64,000 nt of DNA, taken from NCBI GenBank assembly GCA_016716705.1, contig JADJVF010000019.1:24586-88585 (forward strand). Reading direction: 5' to 3'. Below, one piece after another: positions 56,707 to 64,000 of the stretch (position 1 is its first letter; each line of letters begins with the position of its first letter). The notes beneath the pieces are model-generated. The model did no database searches. It worked only from the letters and a program-made list of their open reading frames with translations, and had not been told where the DNA came from. Both the position numbers and the translations under genes were made by a program. Origin of the DNA: Holophagales bacterium. Lineage in GTDB: Bacteria; Acidobacteriota; Thermoanaerobaculia; UBA5066.

Positions 56707-59175
56707 ATGGCCGAAAGCTCCCGGACGCCCGAAGTCCCGCACCGCCGGCGCGACGAGTTCCTCGGCATCCTCGTCCTGGCGGCCGGTCTCCTTCTCCTCG
56801 CGTCGCTCTTCTCCTACGACCCGAACGACCCGTCGATCTTCTCGTCCGTCGCCGACCCCGACGCCCGTCCGGGAAACTGGGCCGGGCGCGTCGGCGCCTC
56901 CTTCGCCGACGCGGCGCTCCAGTTCTTCGGTTTCGCCGCGTTCGCCCTGCCGATCGTCGTCCTCGGCCTCGGTGTCGCGCGGTTCCGCTCCCGTACCGTC
57001 GGGGCCTGGGGGACGAAGGCGCTCGGTGTCCTCGTAGTCCTCCTCACCAGCGCGCCCCTCCTCCACCTCGCCCTCGGACGCCCGCAACTCTTCGGGGGGA
57101 GCCTGGGCGCCGGCGGCTTCGTGGGCGACGTCCTCGCGGGGGCGCTCGTCGCCGGCCTCAACCCGCCCGGCGCGGTCATCGCGCTCTCGGCCGGGCTCCT
57201 CATCGGTGTCCTCCTCGTCGCCTCGCTCTCTCTCGGAGAGGCGGTCCGCGGCACGGCCCTGCGCACCACGGCGAGGATCGCGGCCTGGAAGGTCGACCGC
57301 GAGAAGGCGAGACAGGTCGAGGAGAAGGAGCGGACGCGACGGGCGGTGGTCCAGAAACACCTCGAGAGAGCGCGAGAGGCTCCGCCGGTCGAGGACGAAG
57401 AAGAGGAAGCGGGCGGGGAAGTCGTCACGATCCCCTCCCTCGCGACGCTCCGGGTCCGCGAACGGAGCGGCTCGGGACAGTTCTCCATTCGTCGCACGGC
57501 GGGGTCTGCGGTCGCTTCCGGGACCGAAGGGGACGCATCGACGGACTCCCCGCCGCCGTCGGCGCCGGTGCGCCCGGTCACGGTGTCGCGCCCCGCGCAG
57601 CTGAAGAAGGTGGAGCCGCCGCCCCAGCGGGTCCTCCCGTTCCCCTCCCCCAAGGAATCGAACGGCTGGATCTTCCCTCCCGAGAAGCTCCTTCGCTCCG
57701 CCGTGAAGCGGGACCGGGAGAAGTCGCGCGAGGAGTTCCAGCAGACGATGGAGCTCATCGCCGCCAAGTGCCTCGAGTTCGGGGTCGAGGGCGTCGTCGA
57801 CAGCTACCGGCCCGGCCCGGTCGTCACGACCTACGAGTTCAAGCCCTCGGCGGGCGTCAAGGTGGCGCAGGTGTCCGGCCTCGAGAACGACCTCGCCCTC
57901 GCGCTCGCGGCCGAGAAGGTCCGCATCGAGCGGATCCCGGGCCGGGCCGCGATCGGCATCGAGGTGCCGAACCGGAACCGCGACCTCATCTCGCTGCGCG
58001 AGGTGATCGAGAGCGAGAAGTTCAAGAGGTCCCCTTCGCTCCTGACGATCGCCCTCGGCATCGACGTCGAGGGGAATCCCGTCGTCGCCGACCTCGCGCG
58101 GATGCCCCACCTCCTCGTCGCCGGCATGACGGGCGCCGGCAAGAGCGTCGGCGTGAACGGGATGATCACGTCGATCCTCTACAAGGCGCGCCCCGACGAG
58201 GTGAAGTTCATCTTCGTCGACCCGAAGATGAACGACATGAAGGACTACGACGACCTGCCGCACCTCCTCGTGCCGGTCGTCGTCGACCCGAAGAAGGCGG
58301 CGAACGCCCTGAAGTGGGCCGTGGACGAGATGGAAGGGCGCTACAAGCTCCTCTCCGAGTGGCCCGGCGTCCGCAACATCGAGCAGTACAACGCGGCGAT
58401 CCGCGACCCCGAGGCCCTCGCCGAGGTGAGGGAAAAGATCGGGGAGAAGCTGAAAGCCGACGGGCCCGACGGCACCATCTCGCCGATGCCCTACATCGTC
58501 GTCGTCATCGACGAGCTGGCCGACCTGATGATGACCGCACCGAAAGACATCGAGGAATCGGTCGCCCGGCTCGCCCAGAAGGCGCGCGCCGTCGGCATTC
58601 ACCTCATCCTCGCGACGCAGCGCCCCTCGGTCGACGTCATCACCGGGACGATCAAGGCGAACCTCCCCTGCCGCATCGCCTACACCACCCGGACGAAGAT
58701 CGACGCGCGGACGATCCTCGACGCCACCGGCGCCGAGGCGCTCCTCCTGATGGGGGACATGCTCTTCCTCCCGCCCGGGACGTCGTACCTGCAGCGCGTC
58801 CACGGCGGCTACGTGTCGGGCGAGGAGATCAAGGACATCTGCCGCTTCCTGAAGAAGCAGGCCAAGCCGGTCTACGACGAGTCCGTCACGGCCGAGCGGG
58901 AGCCCGTGATGGAAGCCGGCGGCCGGGGCGGAAAGGCGAACCCGGACGACGCCGACCCGATGTACGAGCAGGCGGCGCGCCTCGTCGTCCGAGAGCGGAT
59001 GGCCTCGATCTCGTTCCTCCAGCGGAGGCTCGAGATCGGCTTCTCCCGCGCGGGCAAGCTCATCGACATGATGCAGCGCGACGGCATCGTCGGTCCTCCG
59101 AGCGGCGGCGCCAAGAGCCGCGAGGTGCTGATGCCGCCCGACTACTACGACGACGTCGATCGCCAGCCGCGCTGA
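56707..59175 (+). CDS. ftsK: DNA translocase FtsK
   Basis: ATG 56707. Four N-terminal TM helices and a Pro/charge-rich linker. The motor domain has Walker A AGMTGAGKS, VVVIDELADLM and LATQRPSVDVITG. The gamma domain is a winged helix (YEQAARLVVRERMASISFLQRRLEIGFSRAGKLID). Confidence 0.9.
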   Translation: MAESSRTPEVPHRRRDEFLGILVLAAGLLLLASLFSYDPNDPSIFSSVADPDARPGNWAGRVGASFADAALQFFGFAAFALPIVVLGLGVARFRSRTVGAWGTKALGVLVVLLTSAPLLHLALGRPQLFGGSLGAGGFVGDVLAGALVAGLNPPGAVIALSAGLLIGVLLVASLSLGEAVRGTALRTTARIAAWKVDREKARQVEEKERTRRAVVQKHLERAREAPPVEDEEEEAGGEVVTIPSLATLRVRERSGSGQFSIRRTAGSAVASGTEGDASTDSPPPSAPVRPVTVSRPAQLKKVEPPPQRVLPFPSPKESNGWIFPPEKLLRSAVKRDREKSREEFQQTMELIAAKCLEFGVEGVVDSYRPGPVVTTYEFKPSAGVKVAQVSGLENDLALALAAEKVRIERIPGRAAIGIEVPNRNRDLISLREVIESEKFKRSPSLLTIALGIDVEGNPVVADLARMPHLLVAGMTGAGKSVGVNGMITSILYKARPDEVKFIFVDPKMNDMKDYDDLPHLLVPVVVDPKKAANALKWAVDEMEGRYKLLSEWPGVRNIEQYNAAIRDPEALAEVREKIGEKLKADGPDGTISPMPYIVVVIDELADLMMTAPKDIEESVARLAQKARAVGIHLILATQRPSVDVITGTIKANLPCRIAYTTRTKIDARTILDATGAEALLLMGDMLFLPPGTSYLQRVHGGYVSGEEIKDICRFLKKQAKPVYDESVTAEREPVMEAGGRGGKANPDDADPMYEQAARLVVRERMASISFLQRRLEIGFSRAGKLIDMMQRDGIVGPPSGGAKSREVLMPPDYYDDVDRQPR

Positions 59176-59194
59176 GGCGCCGATCCGGACCGGC

Positions 59195-60120
59195 ATGCGC
59201 ATCGTCTTCTTCGGCTCCCCCGATTTCGCCGTTCCTTCGCTCGAGGCCCTCGTTGCCGCGGGACACGACGTCGTCCTCGCCGTCTCGCAGCCGGCGAAGC
59301 CGGTGGGGCGGTCGGCCGAAGTCGCCGACCCTCCGCTCGCGCGGCGCGCCCGCGAGCTCGCGATTCCGGTGTTCCAGCCGCCGACGCTGAAGGACGAAGA
59401 GGCCGTCGCGCGTCTCGCGGGGCGGCAGCGGACGTTTTCGTCGTCGTCGCGTACGGGAAGATCCTCGCGCAGCGCGTCCTCGACCTGCCGCGCCTCGGCT
59501 GCGTGAACGTCCACGGCTCGGTTCTGCCGCGCTGGCGCGGCGCCTCGCCCGTCCAGGCGGCGCTGCTCGCGGGAGATGCGGAGACGGGCGTCTCGATCAT
59601 GCGGATGGAGGCGGGGATGGACACGGGTCCGGTCTACGCGGTCTCCCGGACGCCGATCGGCGCGGACGAGGACGCCGGAACGCTCTCCACGCGGCTCGCC
59701 AGGGACGGCGCGGCGCTCCTCGTCGACACGCTTCCGCGGATCGCTGCGGGCGAAGCCGAGGGGGTTCGCCAGGACGACGCGCTCGCAACCATCTGCCCGA
59801 AGATCCGCCGCGAGGACGGCCGAGCCGATTTCGCCCGACCCGCCATCGACCTCGTCCGCCGGCTCCGCGCCTTCACCCCGTGGCCCGGCCTCTTCGCGTT
59901 CCGGGGCGGACGACGGGTCAAGCTCCTGGCGGCCCGCGAGGTGGAAGGCCGGGCGGGGGTCGCGCCGGGCGAGATCCTGGCGGCCGGAGACGAGATCGTC
60001 CTCGCGTGCGGCACGGGGGCGCTCTCGGTGACGCGCCTTCAGGCCGAGGGGAGAAAGCCCCTCGACGCCAGGGCGTTCTCGCGGGGAGAGCGGGTCGTGC
60101 CGGGAGAGAGCTGGGCGTGA
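59195..60120 (+). CDS. fmt: Methionyl-tRNA formyltransferase; one frameshift as assembled
   Basis: MRIVFFGSPDFAVPSL… in ORF 59195..59506, continued as …AAADVFVVVAYGKILAQRVLDLPRLGCVNVHGSVLPRWRGASPVQ in the frame of ORF 59503..60120. The junction is at the G4 run 59419-59422. Confidence 0.85.
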
Positions 60121-61455
60121 CCTCCCTCCGATCGCTCGCCGTCGAGATCCTCGTGCGGGTCGAGCGGGACCGCGCCTTCGCCGCACCCCTCCTCGCCGCG
60201 CGCGAAGTGAGCCTTGCGCCGCGAGACCGGCCGCTCCTGCGCACGATCGTCCGGTCGGTCCTGAGGAACCGCTCTCTCCTCGACCACGTTCTCTCCCGGA
60301 GCCTCTCGCGCCCGCTCGAAGGGCTCGACCCGGACGTCCGCGCCGCCCTCCGCGCGGGGGCCGCGCAGCTTCTCCTCCTCGACCGGATCCCGGCGCACGC
60401 GGCCGTGAGCGAGACGGTCGAGGCCATCTCGACGCGTTCGGCCAGAGCCGCGGGGCTCGTCAACGCCGTCCTCCGCCGCGTGACCCGGGAGGCGAAGCCG
60501 CCGCGGATCGTCCTGCCGCCCGGGACCGATCCGGTCGTGCGGTTGTCGCTCGAGACCTCGCACCCCGAGTGGCTCGTGCGGCGCTGGATCGCGGACCTCG
60601 GGCTCGCCGCCACCGGGGCGGCACTCCGCGTCGACGACGAGGACGCGCCGGTCGACGTCCTTCTCGACCCGCGGGGAGAGGACGTGGAACGGCTCCGCGA
60701 GCGCCTCCGCGAGGAAGGCCTCGAGGGGGAGCCGTCTCCCTGGGCGCCGCTGGCTCTCACCCTCTCCTCGCCGGCGGCAGGAAGTCACCCGGCCATCGCG
60801 TCGGGGCGCCTCGCGGTCGTCGACGTCGCGGCGCAGGCGATGTGCGAGCTCGTCGAGGCGGCGGACGTCGTCGTCGACCTGGCGGCCGCACCGGGCGGAA
60901 AGACGCGGACCCTTCTCGCCCGCGGGAAGGCGAGACGCGTCGTCGCCCTCGAACGCAACCCCACGCGATCGCGCCGGCTCGCCGCCGGCCTTCTCGCGTC
61001 CGGGCGACGGGACGAGGTCCTCGTCGTCCGCGCCGACTCGTCGCGCCCGCCGCTACAGCGCGGTGCGTTCCGGTCCGTCCTTCTCGACGCCCCCTGCTCG
61101 GGGACGGGAACGCTCCGGAAGAACCCGGAGATTCGCTGGCGCCTCTCGCCGGACGATCTCCCGGCGCTCGCCCGCGTGCAGCAGGCGCTCCTTCACGCTG
61201 CGCTGGACCTCTGCGCGCCCGGAGGGAGCGTGGTCTACGTGACGTGCTCCCTGGAGCCGGAAGAGAACGAGGGCGTCGTCGCGGCCGTCCTGTCCGCTCG
61301 CGCGGACGCAGCGCCGGAGCGTCCCGGCGACGACGCGCTCCCCGCGCCGCTTCGGGCTGCCCTTGCGGCCGGACGGGTTCTTCAGGGTCCCTCCGGGCGC
61401 CTCGAACGACGGTTTCTCGGCCGTCGTCCTCCGAAAGCGCGGAGGGAACCGCTGA
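60117..61455 (+). CDS. rsmB: 16S rRNA (cytosine967-C5)-methyltransferase; one frameshift near the 3' end as assembled
   Basis: The GTG at 60117 overlaps the fmt stop (GTGA). NusB-like N-domain, SAM motif DLAAAPGGKT, catalytic DAPCSGTG and TCSLEPEENE. The expected C-terminus …PDGFFRVPPGASNDGFSAVVLRK stops at 61455 and is in another frame from about 61340-61375 onward. Confidence 0.8.
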
Positions 61456-61471
61456 TCACGCGGCTTTTCCG

Positions 61472-61500
61472 TTGACAAGGTGCGGATGGAATCCTACATT
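61472..61500 (+). promoter_or_regulatory. Sigma-70-type promoter of hup
   Basis: TTGACA (61472-61477), a 17-nt spacer, then TACATT (61495-61500). This leaves a roughly 75-nt leader with RBS AGAGGAGGA before ATG 61585. Confidence 0.55.
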
Positions 61501-61584
61501 TCAGCCGTTCGAACAAACGTGACGCTTTCTGGGGCGTAGACCCGGAGCAAGCACGACAGAGAGAGAAAGAGGAGGAATCCGCAC

Positions 61585-61872
61585 ATGGCCGGTAAAGCCG
61601 AGATCGTCGAGGCGATTTCCAAGCACACGGAGCTGTCGAAGAAGGACGCGACGGCTGCCTTCGAGGGGTTCGTGGACTCGATCTGCGACAACCTGAAGAA
61701 GGGCGAGCGCGTCGCCGTCCCGGGCCTCGGGATCTTCAGTGTGGCCGACAGGAAGGCCCGCGTCGGCATCAACCCGCAGACGAAGGCGAAGATCAAGATC
61801 GCCGCGTCGAAGGTTGCCAAGTTCAAGGCCGGCAAGGACCTCAAGACTCTCCTCAACAAGAAGAGGAAGTAG
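61585..61872 (+). CDS. hup: Nucleoid-associated DNA-binding protein HU
   Basis: 95 aa. Contains MAGKAEIVEAIS…GERVAVPGLGIFSVADRKARVGINPQTKAKIKIAASKVAKFKAGK, the canonical HU/IHF fold signature. Confidence 0.9.
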   Translation: MAGKAEIVEAISKHTELSKKDATAAFEGFVDSICDNLKKGERVAVPGLGIFSVADRKARVGINPQTKAKIKIAASKVAKFKAGKDLKTLLNKKRK

Positions 61873-61936
61873 TCCTCCTGGCGAGGAACGCGAGAGGCCG
61901 ATAGGCCTCTCTGCGTAGGGTCCCCTGCCTCCGCGG

Positions 61937-61969
61937 CGCCCCGGGTGTCCCCCGGGGCGTTTCGTTTTT
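61937..61969 (+). terminator. Intrinsic terminator of hup
   Basis: CGCCCCGGG-TGTCC-CCCGGGGCG followed by TTTCGTTTTT. A second hairpin (GAGAGGCC-GATA-GGCCTCTC) lies just upstream, near 61900. Confidence 0.65.
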
Positions 61970-62007
61970 CCGAGGGCCGCGGATATCGCCCGTATCATCC
62001 CGGCGCC

Positions 62008-62718
62008 TTGATTCCTCTGCGCGACACGATCCCCACCCGCACCGTCCCGCTCGTCAACGGCGCCCTCATCGCAGCCTGCATCGGCGGCTTCGTCGTGCAG
62101 CTCCTTGCCGGAAACGGAGGCGAGGCGCTCGTAAGGGCTTTCGGTTTCGTCCCCGCGCGGCTCTTTCACGCGGGCGAGCTCGGTCCGGGGAGCCTCCCGA
62201 TGGGCATCCTCGGCCTCTTCAGCTCGATGTTCCTCCACGGCGGATTCCTCCATCTCGCGGGGAACATGCTGTTCCTCTGGATCTTCGGGGACAACGTCGA
62301 GGACGCGCTCGGCCACGGCCGATACCTCCTCTTCTATCTCGGGTGCGGCGTCCTCGCGGCCCTGCTCCAGGGCCTCTTCGCCACGGCGTCCCTCGTGCCG
62401 ATGGTCGGCGCTTCGGGGGCGATCGCGGGCGTCCTCGGCGCCTACTTCGTCCTCTACCCGCACGCCCGGGTCGTCACGCTCGTCCCCCTCTTCTTTCTCT
62501 TTCCTCTCGTCGAGGTCCCCGCCTTCCTCTTCCTCCTCCTCTGGTTCCTCCTCCAGTTCTGGCAGGGCTCCGCCGCGCTCGTCACCTCCGGGAAGGCCGG
62601 AGCGGCCGCGGGAGGCGTCGCCTGGTGGGCCCACGTCGGCGGCTTCGCGGCGGGCATCGCCCTGCTCGCCTTCCTGAAGCCGAAGCGGCGTCCGGCGCCG
62701 AGGTACTGGATTCGCTGA
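62008..62718 (+). CDS. Rhomboid-family intramembrane serine protease
   Basis: Contains FLHGGFLHLAGNMLFLWIFG, the catalytic MVGASGAIAGVLGAY, and a histidine in WWAHVGGF. I prefer the TTG at 62008 (LIPLRDTIP…) because the track start at 61945 lies inside the hup terminator. Confidence 0.8.
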   Translation: MIPLRDTIPTRTVPLVNGALIAACIGGFVVQLLAGNGGEALVRAFGFVPARLFHAGELGPGSLPMGILGLFSSMFLHGGFLHLAGNMLFLWIFGDNVEDALGHGRYLLFYLGCGVLAALLQGLFATASLVPMVGASGAIAGVLGAYFVLYPHARVVTLVPLFFLFPLVEVPAFLFLLLWFLLQFWQGSAALVTSGKAGAAAGGVAWWAHVGGFAAGIALLAFLKPKRRPAPRYWIR

Positions 62719-62751
62719 AGGGGGCGCCCTGCCGTATGCTCCTCGCCCGCT

Positions 62752-63909
62752 ATGGAACCGACGATGCCGCTCGCCGTCCCCGTCCCCCTCCTCGACCTCA
62801 AGAAGCAGTACGCCACTCTCCGCGACGAGATCCGCTCGGCGACGGACGAGCTCTTCGAGAGCCAGGGCTTCATCCTCGGCCCGAAGGTCGAGGCGTTCGA
62901 GAGGGCGATCGCCGAGTACGTCGGCGTCAAGCACGCGATCGGCATGTCTTCCGGCACGGACGCCCAGCTCGCCGCGATGATGGCGCTGGGGATCGGGCCG
63001 GGAGACGAGGTCGTCACGTCGCCCTACACGTTCTTCTCCACGGCGGGAGCGGTCGTGAGGCTCGGAGCGCGCCCCGTCTTCTGCGACATCGACCCGGTGA
63101 CCTGCAACGTCGACCCGGAGAAGCTCGCGAAGGCGATCACGCCGAAGACGAAGGCGATCCAGCCGGTCCACCTCTACGGCCAGTGCGCCGACATGGACCC
63201 GATCCTGGCGGTCGCGAAGGCGAAGGGGATCCCGGTCATCGAGGACGCCTGCCAGTCGCTCGGCGCCGCGTACAAGGGGCGCAAGGCGGGCTCGATGGGC
63301 GACTTCGGAGCGTTCTCGTTCTTCCCGTCGAAGAACCTGGGCGGCTTCGGAGACGGCGGGATGGTGACGACGAACGACGACGGCTACGCCACCACGCTCC
63401 GCGCCCTCCGGATGCACGGCGAGACGAGCCGCTACCACCACAAGCTCGTGGGCGGCAACTTCCGCCTCGACGCGCTCCAGGCGGTCGTCTTGCACGTCAA
63501 GCTCCCTCACCTCGACTCCTGGGCCGAGGGCCGGAGGCAGAACGCCGCGGAAATCGAGCGGCGCTTCCTCGAGCACGGAGGCCGGACCTTCGAAGAGGGT
63601 GGAATCGCGTTCCCGCGCGAGGCGCCTGGTCAGCACCACGTCTACAACCAGTTCGTCGTCCGGGTCGCCCGGGAACGGCGGGACGCCCTGAAAGAGCGTC
63701 TCGTTCAGCTCAAGATCGGCCACGCCGTCTACTACCCGGTTCCGCTCCACCTCCAGGAGTGCTTCGCCGGGCTGGGCGGGAAGCCTGGCGACTTCCCTGA
63801 AGCCGAGCGTGCGGCGCTGGAAACCATTGCGCTGCCAGTGTTTCCAGAACTCGCCCCGTCGCAGAAGGCCTTCGTCGCCTACCACCTGGCGCAGTTCTCG
63901 AGAGAATAG
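62752..63909 (+). CDS. DegT/DnrJ/EryC1/StrS-family PLP-dependent sugar aminotransferase
   Basis: 385 aa. Contains GPKVEAFERAIAEYVGVKHAIGMSSGTDA, VTSPYTFFST, and FSFFPSKNLGGFGDGG (PLP lysine). Confidence 0.85.
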   Translation: MEPTMPLAVPVPLLDLKKQYATLRDEIRSATDELFESQGFILGPKVEAFERAIAEYVGVKHAIGMSSGTDAQLAAMMALGIGPGDEVVTSPYTFFSTAGAVVRLGARPVFCDIDPVTCNVDPEKLAKAITPKTKAIQPVHLYGQCADMDPILAVAKAKGIPVIEDACQSLGAAYKGRKAGSMGDFGAFSFFPSKNLGGFGDGGMVTTNDDGYATTLRALRMHGETSRYHHKLVGGNFRLDALQAVVLHVKLPHLDSWAEGRRQNAAEIERRFLEHGGRTFEEGGIAFPREAPGQHHVYNQFVVRVARERRDALKERLVQLKIGHAVYYPVPLHLQECFAGLGGKPGDFPEAERAALETIALPVFPELAPSQKAFVAYHLAQFSRE

Positions 63910-63954
63910 GGAACCGCGTCCGGAACGGTCTTCCGGGCGCGCGGTCCCGCGCAC

Positions 63955-63981
63955 TTGACAAGAACGCACGCAGGTTATAAC
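63955..63981 (+). promoter_or_regulatory. Candidate sigma-70-type promoter reading out of the right edge
   Basis: TTGACA (63955-63960), a 15-nt spacer, then TATAAC (63976-63981). The spacer is short and no downstream gene is visible in the window. Confidence 0.3.
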
Positions 63982-64000
63982 TTCTTGGCACTCGCCACCC

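Noticed and set aside
61945-62007. The GTG start at 61945 for the rhomboid gene
   Set aside because: These codons overlap the hup intrinsic terminator stem and T-tract. The TTG at 62008 gives the typical rhomboid N-terminus (IPLRDTIP).
1-64000. CRISPR arrays, tRNA or rRNA genes, insertion sequences, integrases, and prophage or defence-island hallmarks
   Set aside because: All intergenic gaps are 235 nt or shorter and contain no cloverleaf-like or direct-repeat-spacer structure. No ORF shows transposase, integrase or recombinase motifs. This is based on visual inspection only, so tRNAscan or Infernal would be needed for certainty.

Overview
Very GC-rich (about 70% by eye, strong GC3 bias) bacterial chromosomal segment, densely coding on both strands. 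I found no rRNA, tRNA, CRISPR array, transposase or integrase. Many long ORFs in the track are antisense shadows typical of high-GC DNA. I called genes from recognisable motifs, codon bias, RBS or start context and overlapping start/stop codons.

Layout:
- 1-5.5 kb: Ser/Thr kinase (partial), CpcT-like secreted protein, pcnB, GT-C glycosyltransferase.
- 5.5-8.5 kb: MinD-like ATPase plus a small membrane protein, RmlC-like cupin, an orphan gene.
- 8.6-11.2 kb, minus strand: HD-domain protein, amidohydrolase, UspA operon.
- 11.4-12.7 kb: glnA with a strong terminator.
- 13.2-15.7 kb: two tandem, translationally coupled secreted paralogs.
- 15.8-19.5 kb: truncated wHTH / WD40 membrane protein, a signal-peptide RNase A-like toxin with an overlapping CdiI-like immunity gene, and a secreted thioredoxin-like protein.
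- 19.6-23.7 kb: queA, then pyrR-pyrB-pyrC.
- 23.7-39.7 kb: a 16-kb signalling island. It holds a receiver, an IMPase, a degenerate histidine kinase, a sigma-54 activator, a sigma-54 promoter, a REC-DUF4388-Roadblock protein, a multi-PAS kinase, a MEDS protein and two giant PAS/GAF HD-GYP proteins.
- 39.8-45.1 kb: glgA, a MEMO-like gene, a Big_2 lipoprotein, mtgA, lysine aminotransferase.
- 45.2-54.0 kb: a MoxR-DUF58-Bat (aerotolerance-type) operon ending in a GAF-GGDEF gene.
- 54.1-64.0 kb: trxA, rsmA, uppP, ftsK, fmt-rsmB, hup, a rhomboid protease, a DegT aminotransferase.

Main technical observation: at least 15 otherwise convincing genes are broken by single-base-type frameshifts, mostly in short G/C runs. 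The sequence as given is therefore either error-prone or unusually pseudogene-rich.

Most interesting biology:
- the free-standing exported RNase A-like toxin and immunity pair;
- the sigma-54-driven REC-DUF4388-Roadblock protein;
- the pseudo-kinase and NtrC pair;
- PyrR with a histone-H1-like tail;
- the duplicated HD-GYP output modules.
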